Below, in pieces: positions 27,335-36,223 of a DNA stretch of 40,414 bases. Under the pieces are notes generated by a model that saw only the letters and a program-made list of their open reading frames with translations, searched no databases and was not told the DNA's origin. Both the position numbers and the translations under genes were made by a program. Within the stretch, counting starts at the first letter, position 1; each line of letters opens with the position of its first letter. Origin of the DNA: Deltaproteobacteria bacterium (GTDB taxonomy: Bacteria; Desulfobacterota; Desulfuromonadia; Desulfuromonadales; Geopsychrobacteraceae); assembly GCA_009993495.1 (NCBI GenBank), contig JAACTI010000249.1:1-40414 (forward strand), in the 5' to 3' direction.

Positions 27335-28465
27335 ATGAACAGATGTATCCGCACCATCCTCATCGCCACCCTGGTGGCCATTATGACGCTCCCCGCGTTT
27401 GCCGCTGAAACCCTTAAAGTTGGGGTACAGGCTCCCATTACCGGCAGTTATGCCAATGAAGGGCAGGGGATTGAAAATGGTGTCCGCCTGCTTGCTGAAC
27501 AAATCAACGCCAAAGGTGGTGTGATGGGCCGCCAGATTGAAGTGATTGTCTGCGACGACCAGGGCACCGCTATGGCCGCCGCTATCTGCGCCAAGGATCT
27601 GGTCAATAAAGGCGTTAAAATGGTCATTGGTTCCTACACCTCCACCGCCGCCGAAGCGGCCCAGAAAACCTATTTCAACGCCGGCGTGCTCCAAACATCG
27701 GACGGCACCGCCGATGGTCTGACCGAAAAGGGCTACTGGACCTTCCTGCGGAATTCTTTCCCCAACAGTGCCGAAGCAGAGTTTGCGGCCAAATACCTGG
27801 TCACGGTTAAGAAGTACCAGCGCATTGTGGTCCTTTCCGACTTTTCGACTTATGCTGACGGCCTGGCCAACGCAACCGAAGCCGCCATCAAAAGAATGGG
27901 TGGTCATGTGGTTTCGCGTGACAAAATCAAGGCCGATTCGCAGAACTTCACTCCAGTTCTGACCAATATCAAAAGCAAAAAACCGGATGCCATCTTCTTC
28001 GCCGGCTACTACTCCGACGGCGGTCAACTGCGTTCCCAGCAACTGGCTCTTGGCATCAAGGCCGACTTCTACGGCGGCGACGCCAACGACAATCCCGACT
28101 TCGTTAAGCTGGCCGGTTCCGCCGCCCAGGGTGCTTTTATCATTAATGTCCCTGAGCCTGCCGCCCTGCCGACCCCGATTGCCAAATCCTTCATCGCCGA
28201 CTACCAGAAGAAATATGGCGAAATGCCACCCTCTATCTGGGGTCTGATGAACATTGACGGCATGCGCGCTATTATTCATGCGATGGAGCAGAACAAGAAC
28301 TTCGATACCAAGCAGGCCGTCGCGTATCTGCAGAACATGAAAGAGCCGCTGGATGGCATCACCGGTTCGATTGCTTTTGCTAAAGATGGTAACCGCAAAG
28401 GTGGCGCCTATGTGGTCAAGAAAATCGAGGCCGACGGCAGCTACTCTAACGAATATGTTGAATAA
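27335..28465 (+). CDS. livK: HAAT/LIV-family ABC transporter substrate-binding protein
   Basis: Signal peptide ending AFA, KVGVQAPITG.YA..G, INAKGG..G..IE....DD, VIG.Y.S; ATG 27335 after AAGGAG. Confidence 0.88.
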   Translation: MNRCIRTILIATLVAIMTLPAFAAETLKVGVQAPITGSYANEGQGIENGVRLLAEQINAKGGVMGRQIEVIVCDDQGTAMAAAICAKDLVNKGVKMVIGSYTSTAAEAAQKTYFNAGVLQTSDGTADGLTEKGYWTFLRNSFPNSAEAEFAAKYLVTVKKYQRIVVLSDFSTYADGLANATEAAIKRMGGHVVSRDKIKADSQNFTPVLTNIKSKKPDAIFFAGYYSDGGQLRSQQLALGIKADFYGGDANDNPDFVKLAGSAAQGAFIINVPEPAALPTPIAKSFIADYQKKYGEMPPSIWGLMNIDGMRAIIHAMEQNKNFDTKQAVAYLQNMKEPLDGITGSIAFAKDGNRKGGAYVVKKIEADGSYSNEYVE

Positions 28466-28482
28466 AAACATTTGAAAAGCCA

Positions 28483-28517
28483 GGGGGCGGGGGCAGACAT
28501 TTCTCCCGCCCCTCTTT
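28483..28517 (+). terminator. Hairpin after the substrate-binding gene
   Basis: GGGGCGGG...CCCGCCCC followed by TCTTT. Confidence 0.55.
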
Positions 28518-28525
28518 ACCAAAAT

Positions 28526-28666
28526 TGTACTCTTCAGCTCGGTAGACCCAGTGCCCGAGACCCCATTCCATGGGCCACATGAATCTACCTTGGAGCTTAG
28601 CTCTCACCATCCGGGCGGCAAATACCCGTTCACGGCGGCCTCGGGTCTGGATGGTGAATGCTTACC
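28526..28666. repeat. ~145-bp non-coding interspersed repeat (MITE-like), copy 1
   Basis: Aligns along its length to the reverse complement of 33012-33157 (shared blocks CCCCATTCCA, CATGAATC, TGGAGCTTAGCT, CCATCCGGGCG, TACCCGTT, GGCGGCC); imperfect terminal inverted repeats. Confidence 0.8.
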
Positions 28667-28779
28667 CCAAATTTTCCGTACCAGGTTTTACTCGTCTGCC
28701 TCTCAGACGCGAGGCGAGGACAGAATCGTCCTCCTCTGGCGCCTGAAAGGCTGCAAGTCACCAGCTCCGGAGAGGTTCT

Positions 28780-29676
28780 ATGGATATTTTTCTACAACAA
28801 CTCGCTAACGGTCTAACCATCGGCAGCATGTTTGCCCTGGTGGCCCTGGGTTACACCATGGTTTACGGGGTGATGCGCCTGATCAACTTTGCCCATGGCG
28901 ATATGGTAGCGGCCTCGGCCTTTGTCGGTCTCACGATTTACACCCAGGTGATGGGGCAAGCCACCTCACTGGGGGCGGTCATTGTCATCTTCCTGCTCAC
29001 GGCAGCGGTCATGGCGTGTATTGGCATTCTGCTCGAACGTCTCGCCTACCGCCCCCTGCGTGAAGCCCCACGCCTTTCAGCGGTGGTCTCAGCCTTGGGC
29101 GCTTCTCTCGTGATCCAGAACGGCATCATGCTCATCTGGGGGCCGCGTATGCGGATCTTTCCCGAGCTGGTGCCCCAGGTCTACTGGGATCTTGGCGGAG
29201 TGGTCATCAGCCTGATTCAGGTCATCATTCTCGCGCTCTCTCTGGTGCTGATGATTGCACTTTACCTGTTTGTTGAGAAAACCCGCATGGGGGCCGCTAT
29301 TCGCGCTTCATCCATTGATCAGGACGCCGCCCGCCTGATGGGCATCAACGTCAACAGCGTTATCGCCCTGATCTTTATCATCGGCTCCTCCCTGGGTGCG
29401 GTCGGCGGCCTGTTCATTGGTCTTTACTACCGGGGCATTACCTTTAACATGGGCTGGCAATACGGACTTTATGCCTTTATCGCCGCGATTCTGGGTGGTA
29501 TCGGCAATATTCCGGGGGCGATGCTCGGCGGGATGCTGCTTGGACTGTTCAACGCCTTTATCGCCGGCTATGTTTCCAGCACCTGGGCCGATGCTTTCAC
29601 CTTTATCCTGCTGATCTTAATCCTTATTGTTCGCCCCACCGGTATTCTTGGTGAGCGGGTTGCGGAGAAAGTCTGA
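28780..29676 (+). CDS. livH: LIV-family ABC permease
   Basis: QQL.NGL..GS..AL.ALGY.MVYG...INFAHG, T..G.A.RA...D...A.LMGI, AILGGIG.I.GA..GG, RP.G..G. Confidence 0.92.
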   Translation: MDIFLQQLANGLTIGSMFALVALGYTMVYGVMRLINFAHGDMVAASAFVGLTIYTQVMGQATSLGAVIVIFLLTAAVMACIGILLERLAYRPLREAPRLSAVVSALGASLVIQNGIMLIWGPRMRIFPELVPQVYWDLGGVVISLIQVIILALSLVLMIALYLFVEKTRMGAAIRASSIDQDAARLMGINVNSVIALIFIIGSSLGAVGGLFIGLYYRGITFNMGWQYGLYAFIAAILGGIGNIPGAMLGGMLLGLFNAFIAGYVSSTWADAFTFILLILILIVRPTGILGERVAEKV

Positions 29677-30635
29677 TGAAAGCGCTGCAGAAATTCGGCT
29701 ATCCCCTGTTTTTTGTCATCATGGCCCTGCTGCCACACCTGTTGGACTCGCGCTGGCAGGCGGTAGCGATTACTTTTTTAATTTTTACCGTAGTGGCCCT
29801 GTCACAAGATATCACCCTCGGCAAAAGCGGTATGTTCAACATGGGACAGGCCCTCTTCTTCGGCATGGGGGCTTACACTTCGGCCATTCTCAACCATCAA
29901 TTCGGTTGGCCGATCATTGCCACTATTCCCCTGGCAATTCTGATCCCGGCAATTTTCGGGGTGCTGTTGGCCGGGCCGATTGTTCATTTACGCGGCGATT
30001 ATCTGCTGGTGGTGACCATTGGCTTCAACATTGTTTTTGTCCAGGTGCTGCAAAACAACCTGGGTGGCATCACCGGTGGGCCCAATGGCATTTTCGGCCT
30101 TGACTCCCTGAGCTTCTTTAGTGTCAACCTGACCAGCCAGCTGGCGGTCTACTACTTTGCCTTTCTGGTTTTGCTGCTAACCCTGCTGGTGATGCGCAAC
30201 CTGGAAAAAAGCAAGACGGGTCGAGCGCTGCATTACCTGCGTGAAGATCAACTGGCGGCCGAAAGTATTGGTATCAATACGCGCATCTACAAGATTTTCG
30301 CCTTCGGTCTGGGCGCCGGAATCGCCGGGCTGGCCGGTACGGTGTTCGCCACCCAGTATGCCGCAGTCAGCCCCGAAGCCTTTGAATTTATCCAGTCGGT
30401 GCTCTTCTTCAGTATCGTGCTGGTGGGCGGTTCTTCGGTGCCGGGTATCCTGATCGGGGTCTTTGTGATGTTTGTGCTGCCGGAGATTTTTCGTGAATTT
30501 GCCACCTGGCGCTATTTTATTTTCGGCTTTGCGATGATTGCGGCCATGATCCTGCGTCCGCGCGGTATCGTGCCTGCAACCTTTGGTAAAATTCCCAAGT
30601 TCCTGCTTAAGGGAGGCAAAGATGGCGTCGAATGA
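29676..30635 (+). CDS. livM: LIV-family ABC permease
   Basis: G..G....GQA.FFG.GAY, LRGDYL..VTIGF, TGGPNG, S..GRA....REDQ.AA...GI, RPRGI. Confidence 0.92.
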   Translation: MKALQKFGYPLFFVIMALLPHLLDSRWQAVAITFLIFTVVALSQDITLGKSGMFNMGQALFFGMGAYTSAILNHQFGWPIIATIPLAILIPAIFGVLLAGPIVHLRGDYLLVVTIGFNIVFVQVLQNNLGGITGGPNGIFGLDSLSFFSVNLTSQLAVYYFAFLVLLLTLLVMRNLEKSKTGRALHYLREDQLAAESIGINTRIYKIFAFGLGAGIAGLAGTVFATQYAAVSPEAFEFIQSVLFFSIVLVGGSSVPGILIGVFVMFVLPEIFREFATWRYFIFGFAMIAAMILRPRGIVPATFGKIPKFLLKGGKDGVE

Positions 30636-31404
30636 ACTGATCCTGAAAGGGGTGACCAAGCGCTTTGGCGGCCTGACGGCGGTCGACGATCTCAGTTTCA
30701 GCGTCAAAGATGGCCAGATTTACGGCATTATCGGCCCCAACGGTGCAGGCAAAACCACGGTTTTTAACTGCATTACCGGCATCTATAAATCGGAAGAGGG
30801 CTCGGTCAACTGGCGTGGCGAAGAAATCCGTGGACTAACGCCTTACCAGATTGTTGATCGCGGCATCGTGCGCACGTTTCAGACCATTCGGCTGTTCGGG
30901 CAGATGTCGGTCGCCGAAAACATCATGAGCGGCCGCCACATCAAGAGTAGCCAGAAAGTGTGGCACGGAATCATGCATACCCCGGCGTCACGGCGCGACG
31001 AGTTGAAAAACTGGCAAAAAGTTGAAGCTCAGCTCGACTTTTTCAATCTGGGCGAGTTCGCCGCAACCCCGACCAACAGTCTGCCCTACGGCATTCAGCG
31101 CCGCGTTGAAATGGCCCGGGCCATGGCGGTTGAACCCACGCTACTGATCCTCGATGAACCGGCAGCGGGTCTCAACGACAAGGAAACCGCTGAGCTGTTG
31201 CAAACAATCTTCAAAATCCGCGACCAAGGCATAACGGTGTTGCTGATTGAGCATGACATGGACATGGTGATGGAAGTCACCGACTACCTGACGGTGATCA
31301 ACTTCGGCAAGAAAATCGCCGAAGGCACCCCGGCGGATATTCAAAAAAACCCGGCGGTCATCGAAGCCTATCTGGGAAGCGAGGATGACGACGATGAAGA
31401 ATGA
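30622..31404 (+). CDS. livG: LIV-family ABC ATPase
   Basis: KRFGGL.AV, GPNGAGKTT, RTFQ..RLF, LPYG.QRR.E.ARA, LDEPAAG, IEHDM, VIEAYLG; ATG 30622 after GGAGG. Confidence 0.93.
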   Translation: MASNELILKGVTKRFGGLTAVDDLSFSVKDGQIYGIIGPNGAGKTTVFNCITGIYKSEEGSVNWRGEEIRGLTPYQIVDRGIVRTFQTIRLFGQMSVAENIMSGRHIKSSQKVWHGIMHTPASRRDELKNWQKVEAQLDFFNLGEFAATPTNSLPYGIQRRVEMARAMAVEPTLLILDEPAAGLNDKETAELLQTIFKIRDQGITVLLIEHDMDMVMEVTDYLTVINFGKKIAEGTPADIQKNPAVIEAYLGSEDDDDEE

Positions 31405-32113
31405 GGTGCTCTTTGAAATAAAAGATCTGGAAGTCTCGTACGGTAGCATTGCCGCCCTCAAGGGCATTTCGCTGGATGTGCACAAGGGCGAAATTGTGGC
31501 GATTCTCGGTGCCAATGGAGCGGGAAAAACCACCACCATGCGCACTATCAGTCAGTTACTTAAGGCTAAGTCCGGCTCGATTCGCTTTAAAGAGCACGAA
31601 TTGACCCAGTTGCCAGCCCATAAAATTGTCGGACTGGGTATCAGTCATTCTCCCGAAGGTCGGCGGGTCTTCGGCGTTCTGACCGTTGAAGAAAACCTCA
31701 TGCTCGGGGCCTTTTCTCAGAAAAGCATGGATCGCGAAATTCTCGACTGGGTTTTTCAGCTTTTCCCGCGACTCAAGGAACGCCGCAAACAGCTGGCCGG
31801 TACCCTTTCGGGGGGTGAACAGCAGATGCTGGCCATCGGCCGGGCCCTGATGAGCAAGCCCGAAATGCTGCTTCTCGATGAACCCTCGCTGGGGATTGCG
31901 CCCATTTTGGTCAAGGCCATCTTCAAGCAAATTAGTGAAATTGCCAAGAGCGGCGTCACTGTGCTGCTGGTCGAACAAAACGCCAAAGCGGCTCTCAAAC
32001 TCGCCGATCGCGGTTATGTGCTCGATGTCGGCAAAATTGCCCTCTCCGGGACCTCGGCTGAGCTGCTGGCCTCGGAAAAGGTGCAGGAAGCCTATCTGGG
32101 CAAGAAGCATTGA
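31394..32113 (+). CDS. livF: LIV-family ABC ATPase
   Basis: GANGAGKTT, PEGRRVF..LTVEENL, FPRL.ER..Q.AGTLSGGEQQM, LDEPS.G, VEQN, AYLG. Confidence 0.93.
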   Translation: MKNEVLFEIKDLEVSYGSIAALKGISLDVHKGEIVAILGANGAGKTTTMRTISQLLKAKSGSIRFKEHELTQLPAHKIVGLGISHSPEGRRVFGVLTVEENLMLGAFSQKSMDREILDWVFQLFPRLKERRKQLAGTLSGGEQQMLAIGRALMSKPEMLLLDEPSLGIAPILVKAIFKQISEIAKSGVTVLLVEQNAKAALKLADRGYVLDVGKIALSGTSAELLASEKVQEAYLGKKH

Positions 32114-32136
32114 GCAGAGCAACGGGAGAAAACCCT

Positions 32137-32946
32137 ATGAATTTCAAAGATATTCTCGTGCATATTGATCATCGCCCCACCTGCCGGGCGCGCTTGGATT
32201 TGGCTATACGTCTGGCGCAGGAACAGAGCGCACGTTTAAGCGGGATTTATGTCATTTCAAGCCCTTATAGTGCTCCAGCGAAGCGCACGCCCCAAGAATT
32301 GGCGCAAGACGCACAAAAGAATTTTAGCGCCTTAACCTCAAGGGCCAAGGTCGAAGCCGCCTGGCTGTGCGTTGATACCGTTAGCAGCGGGCTTGATTTG
32401 CTCCATGCTCTGAATCTGCACGCCCACTATCATGATCTGCTGATCGTCAGTCAAACCGACCCCGAGGGCGACAACCACAACATCCCGGCATCCTTACCCG
32501 CAAAAGCCGTGCTAGGCTCGGGCCGTCCGGTTCTGATTGTGCCCTACACCGGCCAGATTGACAGTTGCGGCAAACGGGTGATGCTCGCCTGGCGCGGCGG
32601 ACCTGAATCGAGTCGCGCCCTGCATGATGCCCTGCCCTTGTTACGCCGCGCCGAATCAGTGCGTGTTGTCAGCGTGCAGGGCCGCGGCGGTGACGAAGTT
32701 TATACCCACCATAATGCCGATATCTGCGAGCATCTCAAACGTTATGGCCTGCCCGTCAGCAGCGAAAAACTTAATGCCGGCAATTTAAGCGTCGGCGATC
32801 TACTCCTGAGTCGCTGTGCCGATCACGGGATCGATCTCCTGGTTATGGGAGCCTTCGCCCAAACCCGCCGTGGCCAGCAGCTTCTTGGCGATGTCGGAAG
32901 CTGCCTGTTGGACTCCATGACTGTGCCGGTGCTGATGTCGTATTAA
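32137..32946 (+). CDS. Universal stress protein (tandem USP)
   Basis: KDILVH.D, DL.I..Q, SGRPVL.VP, AW.G..ES.RA..DALP.L, DLLVMGA, PVLMS; ATG 32137 after GGAG. Confidence 0.88.
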   Translation: MNFKDILVHIDHRPTCRARLDLAIRLAQEQSARLSGIYVISSPYSAPAKRTPQELAQDAQKNFSALTSRAKVEAAWLCVDTVSSGLDLLHALNLHAHYHDLLIVSQTDPEGDNHNIPASLPAKAVLGSGRPVLIVPYTGQIDSCGKRVMLAWRGGPESSRALHDALPLLRRAESVRVVSVQGRGGDEVYTHHNADICEHLKRYGLPVSSEKLNAGNLSVGDLLLSRCADHGIDLLVMGAFAQTRRGQQLLGDVGSCLLDSMTVPVLMSY

Positions 32947-33011
32947 ATGCCCGGTAGCCTGAATGTCAGATACGGTTTTGCGCCAGCAAGCAGTAACTGC
33001 TAAAAAGAAGA

Positions 33012-33157
33012 GGTAACTGTTCAGCATGCTGAGCCCGGGGCCGCCATGGAACGGGTAGCTGTCGCCCGGATGGCGACAGCTAAGCTCCAGGGAGGGATTC
33101 ATGCGACCCGTGGAATGGGGGGCTCGGGCTCTGCGACTACGGAGCTGATGAGAGACA
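33012..33157. repeat. ~145-bp non-coding interspersed repeat (MITE-like), copy 2, inverted relative to copy 1
   Basis: Begins GGTAACTGTTCAGC and ends GCTGATGAGAGACA; homologous to 28526-28666. Confidence 0.8.
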
Positions 33158-33209
33158 AGAAGAGATTAAAAAACCTTATCTGGCGGCCTGACAACAAGGA
33201 AAGGTCAAT

Positions 33210-34274
33210 ATGAGTCAACTCTTCTCCCCCCTTGAACTACGCTCCCTGAAAATCCGTAACCGGATTTTCGTTTCGCCAATGTGCCAATATTCCTGCATCG
33301 ACGGTGTTCCAAACGACTGGCACCTTGTCCATCTTGGCAGCCGAGCCGTAGGTGGTGCCGGGTTGGTCATGGCGGAAGCAACCGCCGTGACCCCGGAAGG
33401 ACGGATCAGCCCCGGCGATTGCGGCTTATGGAACGATCACCAGGCCGAAGCCTTTGCCCGAAGCGCAGATTTCATCGCCGCCCAGGGCGCCGTACCCGCC
33501 ATTCAACTTGGACATGCCGGACGCAAAGCATCGACCGCTCCCCCCTGGCGTGGCGGCAAAGGGGTCACCGCGGATGAGGGCGGCTGGCAACCGTTGGCTC
33601 CGAGTGCCCTGGCCTTCTCTGCTGGAACGCCGATCCCCACCCCACTGGCCGAAACCGACCTCGAACAGATTTGCAATGCCTTCACGTCAGCCGCAAAACG
33701 CGCCCTCAACGCTGGTTTCAAAGTCGTCGAAGTGCACATGGCTCATGGTTACCTGCTGCATCAATTCCTTTCGCCCCTCAGCAATCGGCGGACAGATCAC
33801 TATGGTGGCAGCCTGGACAATCGCCTGCGCTTCCCGCTGCTGATTGCTCAGCTGGTGCGCGAAGCCTGGCCCGCCGAGCTGCCCGTTTTTGTGCGCATAT
33901 CAGCAACAGACTGGGTCGATGGTGGTTGGGATCTGGAACAATCCATCGCGCTTTGCCGCAAATTGAAAAAGATGGGTATCGACCTCATCGACTGTTCAAC
34001 CGGCGGGCTGATCCCGGATGCCATTATCCCCCTGGCCCCCGGGTTTCAGGTGCCGATGGCGGCGGAAATCCGGAACAGGGTAAACATTGCAACGGGCGCA
34101 GTCGGGATGATAACAGCGCCGGAGCAAGCCGAGCAGATCATCGTCACAAAACAGGCAGATGTGGTTCTTCTGGCGCGGGAACTCCTGCGCGATCCCCACT
34201 GGCCACTGCGGGCGGCAGCAATATTAAAGGACGAAGTCCTTTGGCCGGTTCAATATGAGCGCGCAAAAAACTAG
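33210..34274 (+). CDS. namA: NADH:flavin oxidoreductase, old yellow enzyme of the YqjM/NamA type
   Basis: NRI.VSPMCQYS, EATAV.PEGRIS, QL.HAGRKAS, HMAHGYLLHQFLSPLSN.R.D.YGG, R..LRDP.W, C-terminal QYERA. Confidence 0.9.
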   Translation: MSQLFSPLELRSLKIRNRIFVSPMCQYSCIDGVPNDWHLVHLGSRAVGGAGLVMAEATAVTPEGRISPGDCGLWNDHQAEAFARSADFIAAQGAVPAIQLGHAGRKASTAPPWRGGKGVTADEGGWQPLAPSALAFSAGTPIPTPLAETDLEQICNAFTSAAKRALNAGFKVVEVHMAHGYLLHQFLSPLSNRRTDHYGGSLDNRLRFPLLIAQLVREAWPAELPVFVRISATDWVDGGWDLEQSIALCRKLKKMGIDLIDCSTGGLIPDAIIPLAPGFQVPMAAEIRNRVNIATGAVGMITAPEQAEQIIVTKQADVVLLARELLRDPHWPLRAAAILKDEVLWPVQYERAKN

Positions 34275-34408
34275 CCCGGCTTCGTTTCGAGATCGGCAAT
34301 GGTTCTGGCCAGTTTGAAAACCCAGGTGCTGCGGCGCGCTGAAAGACCGTGTTTGTCGGCACCTCGGTTAAGAATCTGATTGCCTTTGACATCTTTTGCC
34401 GTTCTCAA
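34271..34408 (-). pseudogene. comM: Degenerate 3' fragment of comM/yifB (Mg-chelatase-like AAA+ ATPase)
   Basis: Manual translation, below the ORF-track cutoff: MRTAKDVKGNQILNRGADKHGLSARRSTWVFKLARTIADLETKPG*, matching the ComM C-terminal signature GLSAR....I.K.ARTIADL. Confidence 0.68.
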
Positions 34409-34435
34409 TTAGCTCCTTAGAACAAAAATTAGGGC

Positions 34436-34473
34436 TTGACATATATTTGCCTATTTGGCTATATTGCCAAATA
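34436..34473 (+). promoter_or_regulatory. Sigma70 promoter with overlapping ArsR-type operator
   Basis: TTGACA (34436-34441), 18 bp, TATATT (34460-34465); palindrome TATTTGGC-N6-GCCAAATA (34452-34473) centred on the -10. Confidence 0.75.
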
Positions 34474-34490
34474 ACGAAAGGCGATACCCT

Positions 34491-34823
34491 ATGAATGTGA
34501 ACCGAAAAAATCATTTGGAAGCGCGCGCGCGCGTGCTTAAGGCCCTCGCTCATCCGACGCGGTTGTTTATTGTTGAGGAGTTGGAGAAGGGTGAACAGTG
34601 CGTTTGCGATCTGACGGCAATGATCGGCGCCGATGTCTCGACGGTCTCCAAACATCTCTCCGTGCTTAAGCAAGGTGGTATAGTGCTGGATGACAAACGC
34701 GGCAACCAGGTTTTCTATCGTTTGCGTGTGCCTTGCATTCTTAACTTTTTCGGCTGTGTTGAATCGGTGCTTGAAACTCAGGCGCAAGATCATGTTGATT
34801 GTCTAACCCGCGAGGGCGCCTGA
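34491..34823 (+). CDS. arsR: ArsR/SmtB family metalloregulator
   Basis: LKALAHPTRL.I, EQCVCDL alpha3 Cys pair, STVSKHL..LK..G, G..V.Y.L; extra C-terminal cysteines. Confidence 0.88.
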   Translation: MNVNRKNHLEARARVLKALAHPTRLFIVEELEKGEQCVCDLTAMIGADVSTVSKHLSVLKQGGIVLDDKRGNQVFYRLRVPCILNFFGCVESVLETQAQDHVDCLTREGA

Positions 34824-34837
34824 TTTTTTTGTTTAAG

Positions 34838-34856
34838 TGTTTGGCTATTTGACCAA
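34838..34856. promoter_or_regulatory. Second, degenerate copy of the ArsR operator
   Basis: TGTTTGGCTATTTGACCAA resembles TATTTGGCTATATTGCCAA; lies between arsR and the permease. Confidence 0.55.
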
Positions 34857-34869
34857 GAAAGAAAAAACC

Positions 34870-36177
34870 ATGAACTGGAAAACCGAATGGAAACCCTTAT
34901 TCTGGATTATTTTTGTCTTTGCCGTCTGTTTCTTTATGCCGGTCGAGGCGCCGCGCGTGCAGGCGGCGATTATAGAGTCTCTCTATCTGGTTAAGTGGTA
35001 CGCCCAAGAACATGTGCTGCTTTGCCTAGTGCCGGCCTTCTTCATCGCGGGAGCGGTGGCGGTCTTCGTCAGCCAGGCGGCGGTGATGAAATATCTCGGT
35101 CCCACAGCCAACAAGATTCTCGCTTATGGGGTCGCTTCGGTCTCAGGCACGATTCTCGCGGTCTGTTCCTGCACCATTCTGCCACTGTTCGCCGGCATTT
35201 ACCGCATGGGTGCGGGCCTGGGACCGGCTTGCGCTTTTCTTTACTCCGGCCCGGCGATCAATATTCTGGCGATTGTCCTGACTGCGCGCATCCTGGGCCC
35301 TGAAATGGGTATCGCGCGCGCCGTCGGCGCCATTTTGTTCGCCATTATCATCGGCTTGTTGATGCACTTTTTCTTCCGCCACGAAGAGGCCGACAAGGCT
35401 GCCGCCGCGCCGATTATGGGCGCTGACGAAGCTGGCCGGCCCCTGTGGCAGACGGCACTCTATTTTGCGAGTATGGTCGGGATTTTGGTGTTTGCTAACT
35501 GGGGAAAAACCGAAGAAACCAGCGGTCTGTGGTACGCAATTTACAGCGCCAAGTGGATTATCACCAGCGCATTTTCCATCGCTTTAGGTGTAATGCTCGC
35601 GACCTGGTTTCAACTGGGCCTGGTGCGGATTCTACTGGCTTCCCTGTCGGCGGTGCTGGCCGCGTTTATCGCCCCGCAGCACCCGGAGCTGAGCTTTACT
35701 TTCGGCGTCATCGGCCTCTCGACCCTGAGCAACCTTAAAAGCACCCGCGAGGGCGAAATGGGCGAATGGTTCAATGAGAGCTGGGACTTTGCCAAGAAAA
35801 TCCTGCCCCTGCTACTGATTGGGGTGTTAATCGCCGGGGTGCTGCTGGGTCGACCCGGTCACGAAGGGTTAATTCCTTCGAGCTGGGTGGCTTCGCTGGT
35901 TGGTGGCAACTCGGTCGGAGCCAACCTCTTTGCCTCGGTCTTCGGCGCCTTTATGTACTTTGCCACCCTGACCGAGGTGCCGATCCTGCAAGGCCTGATC
36001 GGCGCCGGCATGGGCAAGGGCCCCGCTTTGGCCTTGCTGCTCGCCGGGCCTGCCCTCAGCTTGCCGAATATGCTGGTGATTCGCAGTGTTATGGGCAACA
36101 AAAAGACCCTGGTTTTCGTGCTGCTGGTGATGGTTATGGCAACCATCAGCGGCTTGATCTTCGGAGCAATTTTTTAA
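34870..36177 (+). CDS. DUF318/ArsP-family permease
   Basis: EHVLLCLVPAFFIAGA, LAVCSCTILP.F.G, AFLYSGPAIN, MYFATLTEVPI, LLL.GP.LSLP; multi-TM. Start set to ATG 34870. Confidence 0.85.
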   Translation: MNWKTEWKPLFWIIFVFAVCFFMPVEAPRVQAAIIESLYLVKWYAQEHVLLCLVPAFFIAGAVAVFVSQAAVMKYLGPTANKILAYGVASVSGTILAVCSCTILPLFAGIYRMGAGLGPACAFLYSGPAINILAIVLTARILGPEMGIARAVGAILFAIIIGLLMHFFFRHEEADKAAAAPIMGADEAGRPLWQTALYFASMVGILVFANWGKTEETSGLWYAIYSAKWIITSAFSIALGVMLATWFQLGLVRILLASLSAVLAAFIAPQHPELSFTFGVIGLSTLSNLKSTREGEMGEWFNESWDFAKKILPLLLIGVLIAGVLLGRPGHEGLIPSSWVASLVGGNSVGANLFASVFGAFMYFATLTEVPILQGLIGAGMGKGPALALLLAGPALSLPNMLVIRSVMGNKKTLVFVLLVMVMATISGLIFGAIF

Positions 36178-36223
36178 AAGGGCAGGGCACCCCCTACCCC
36201 TAGAACACGGAATGATCGCACAC

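Noticed and set aside
27317-28522. 401-aa minus-strand ORF opposite livK
   Set aside because: Antisense shadow of a strongly codon-biased gene; no recognisable motifs. The same applies to the many short overlapping ORFs in the track.
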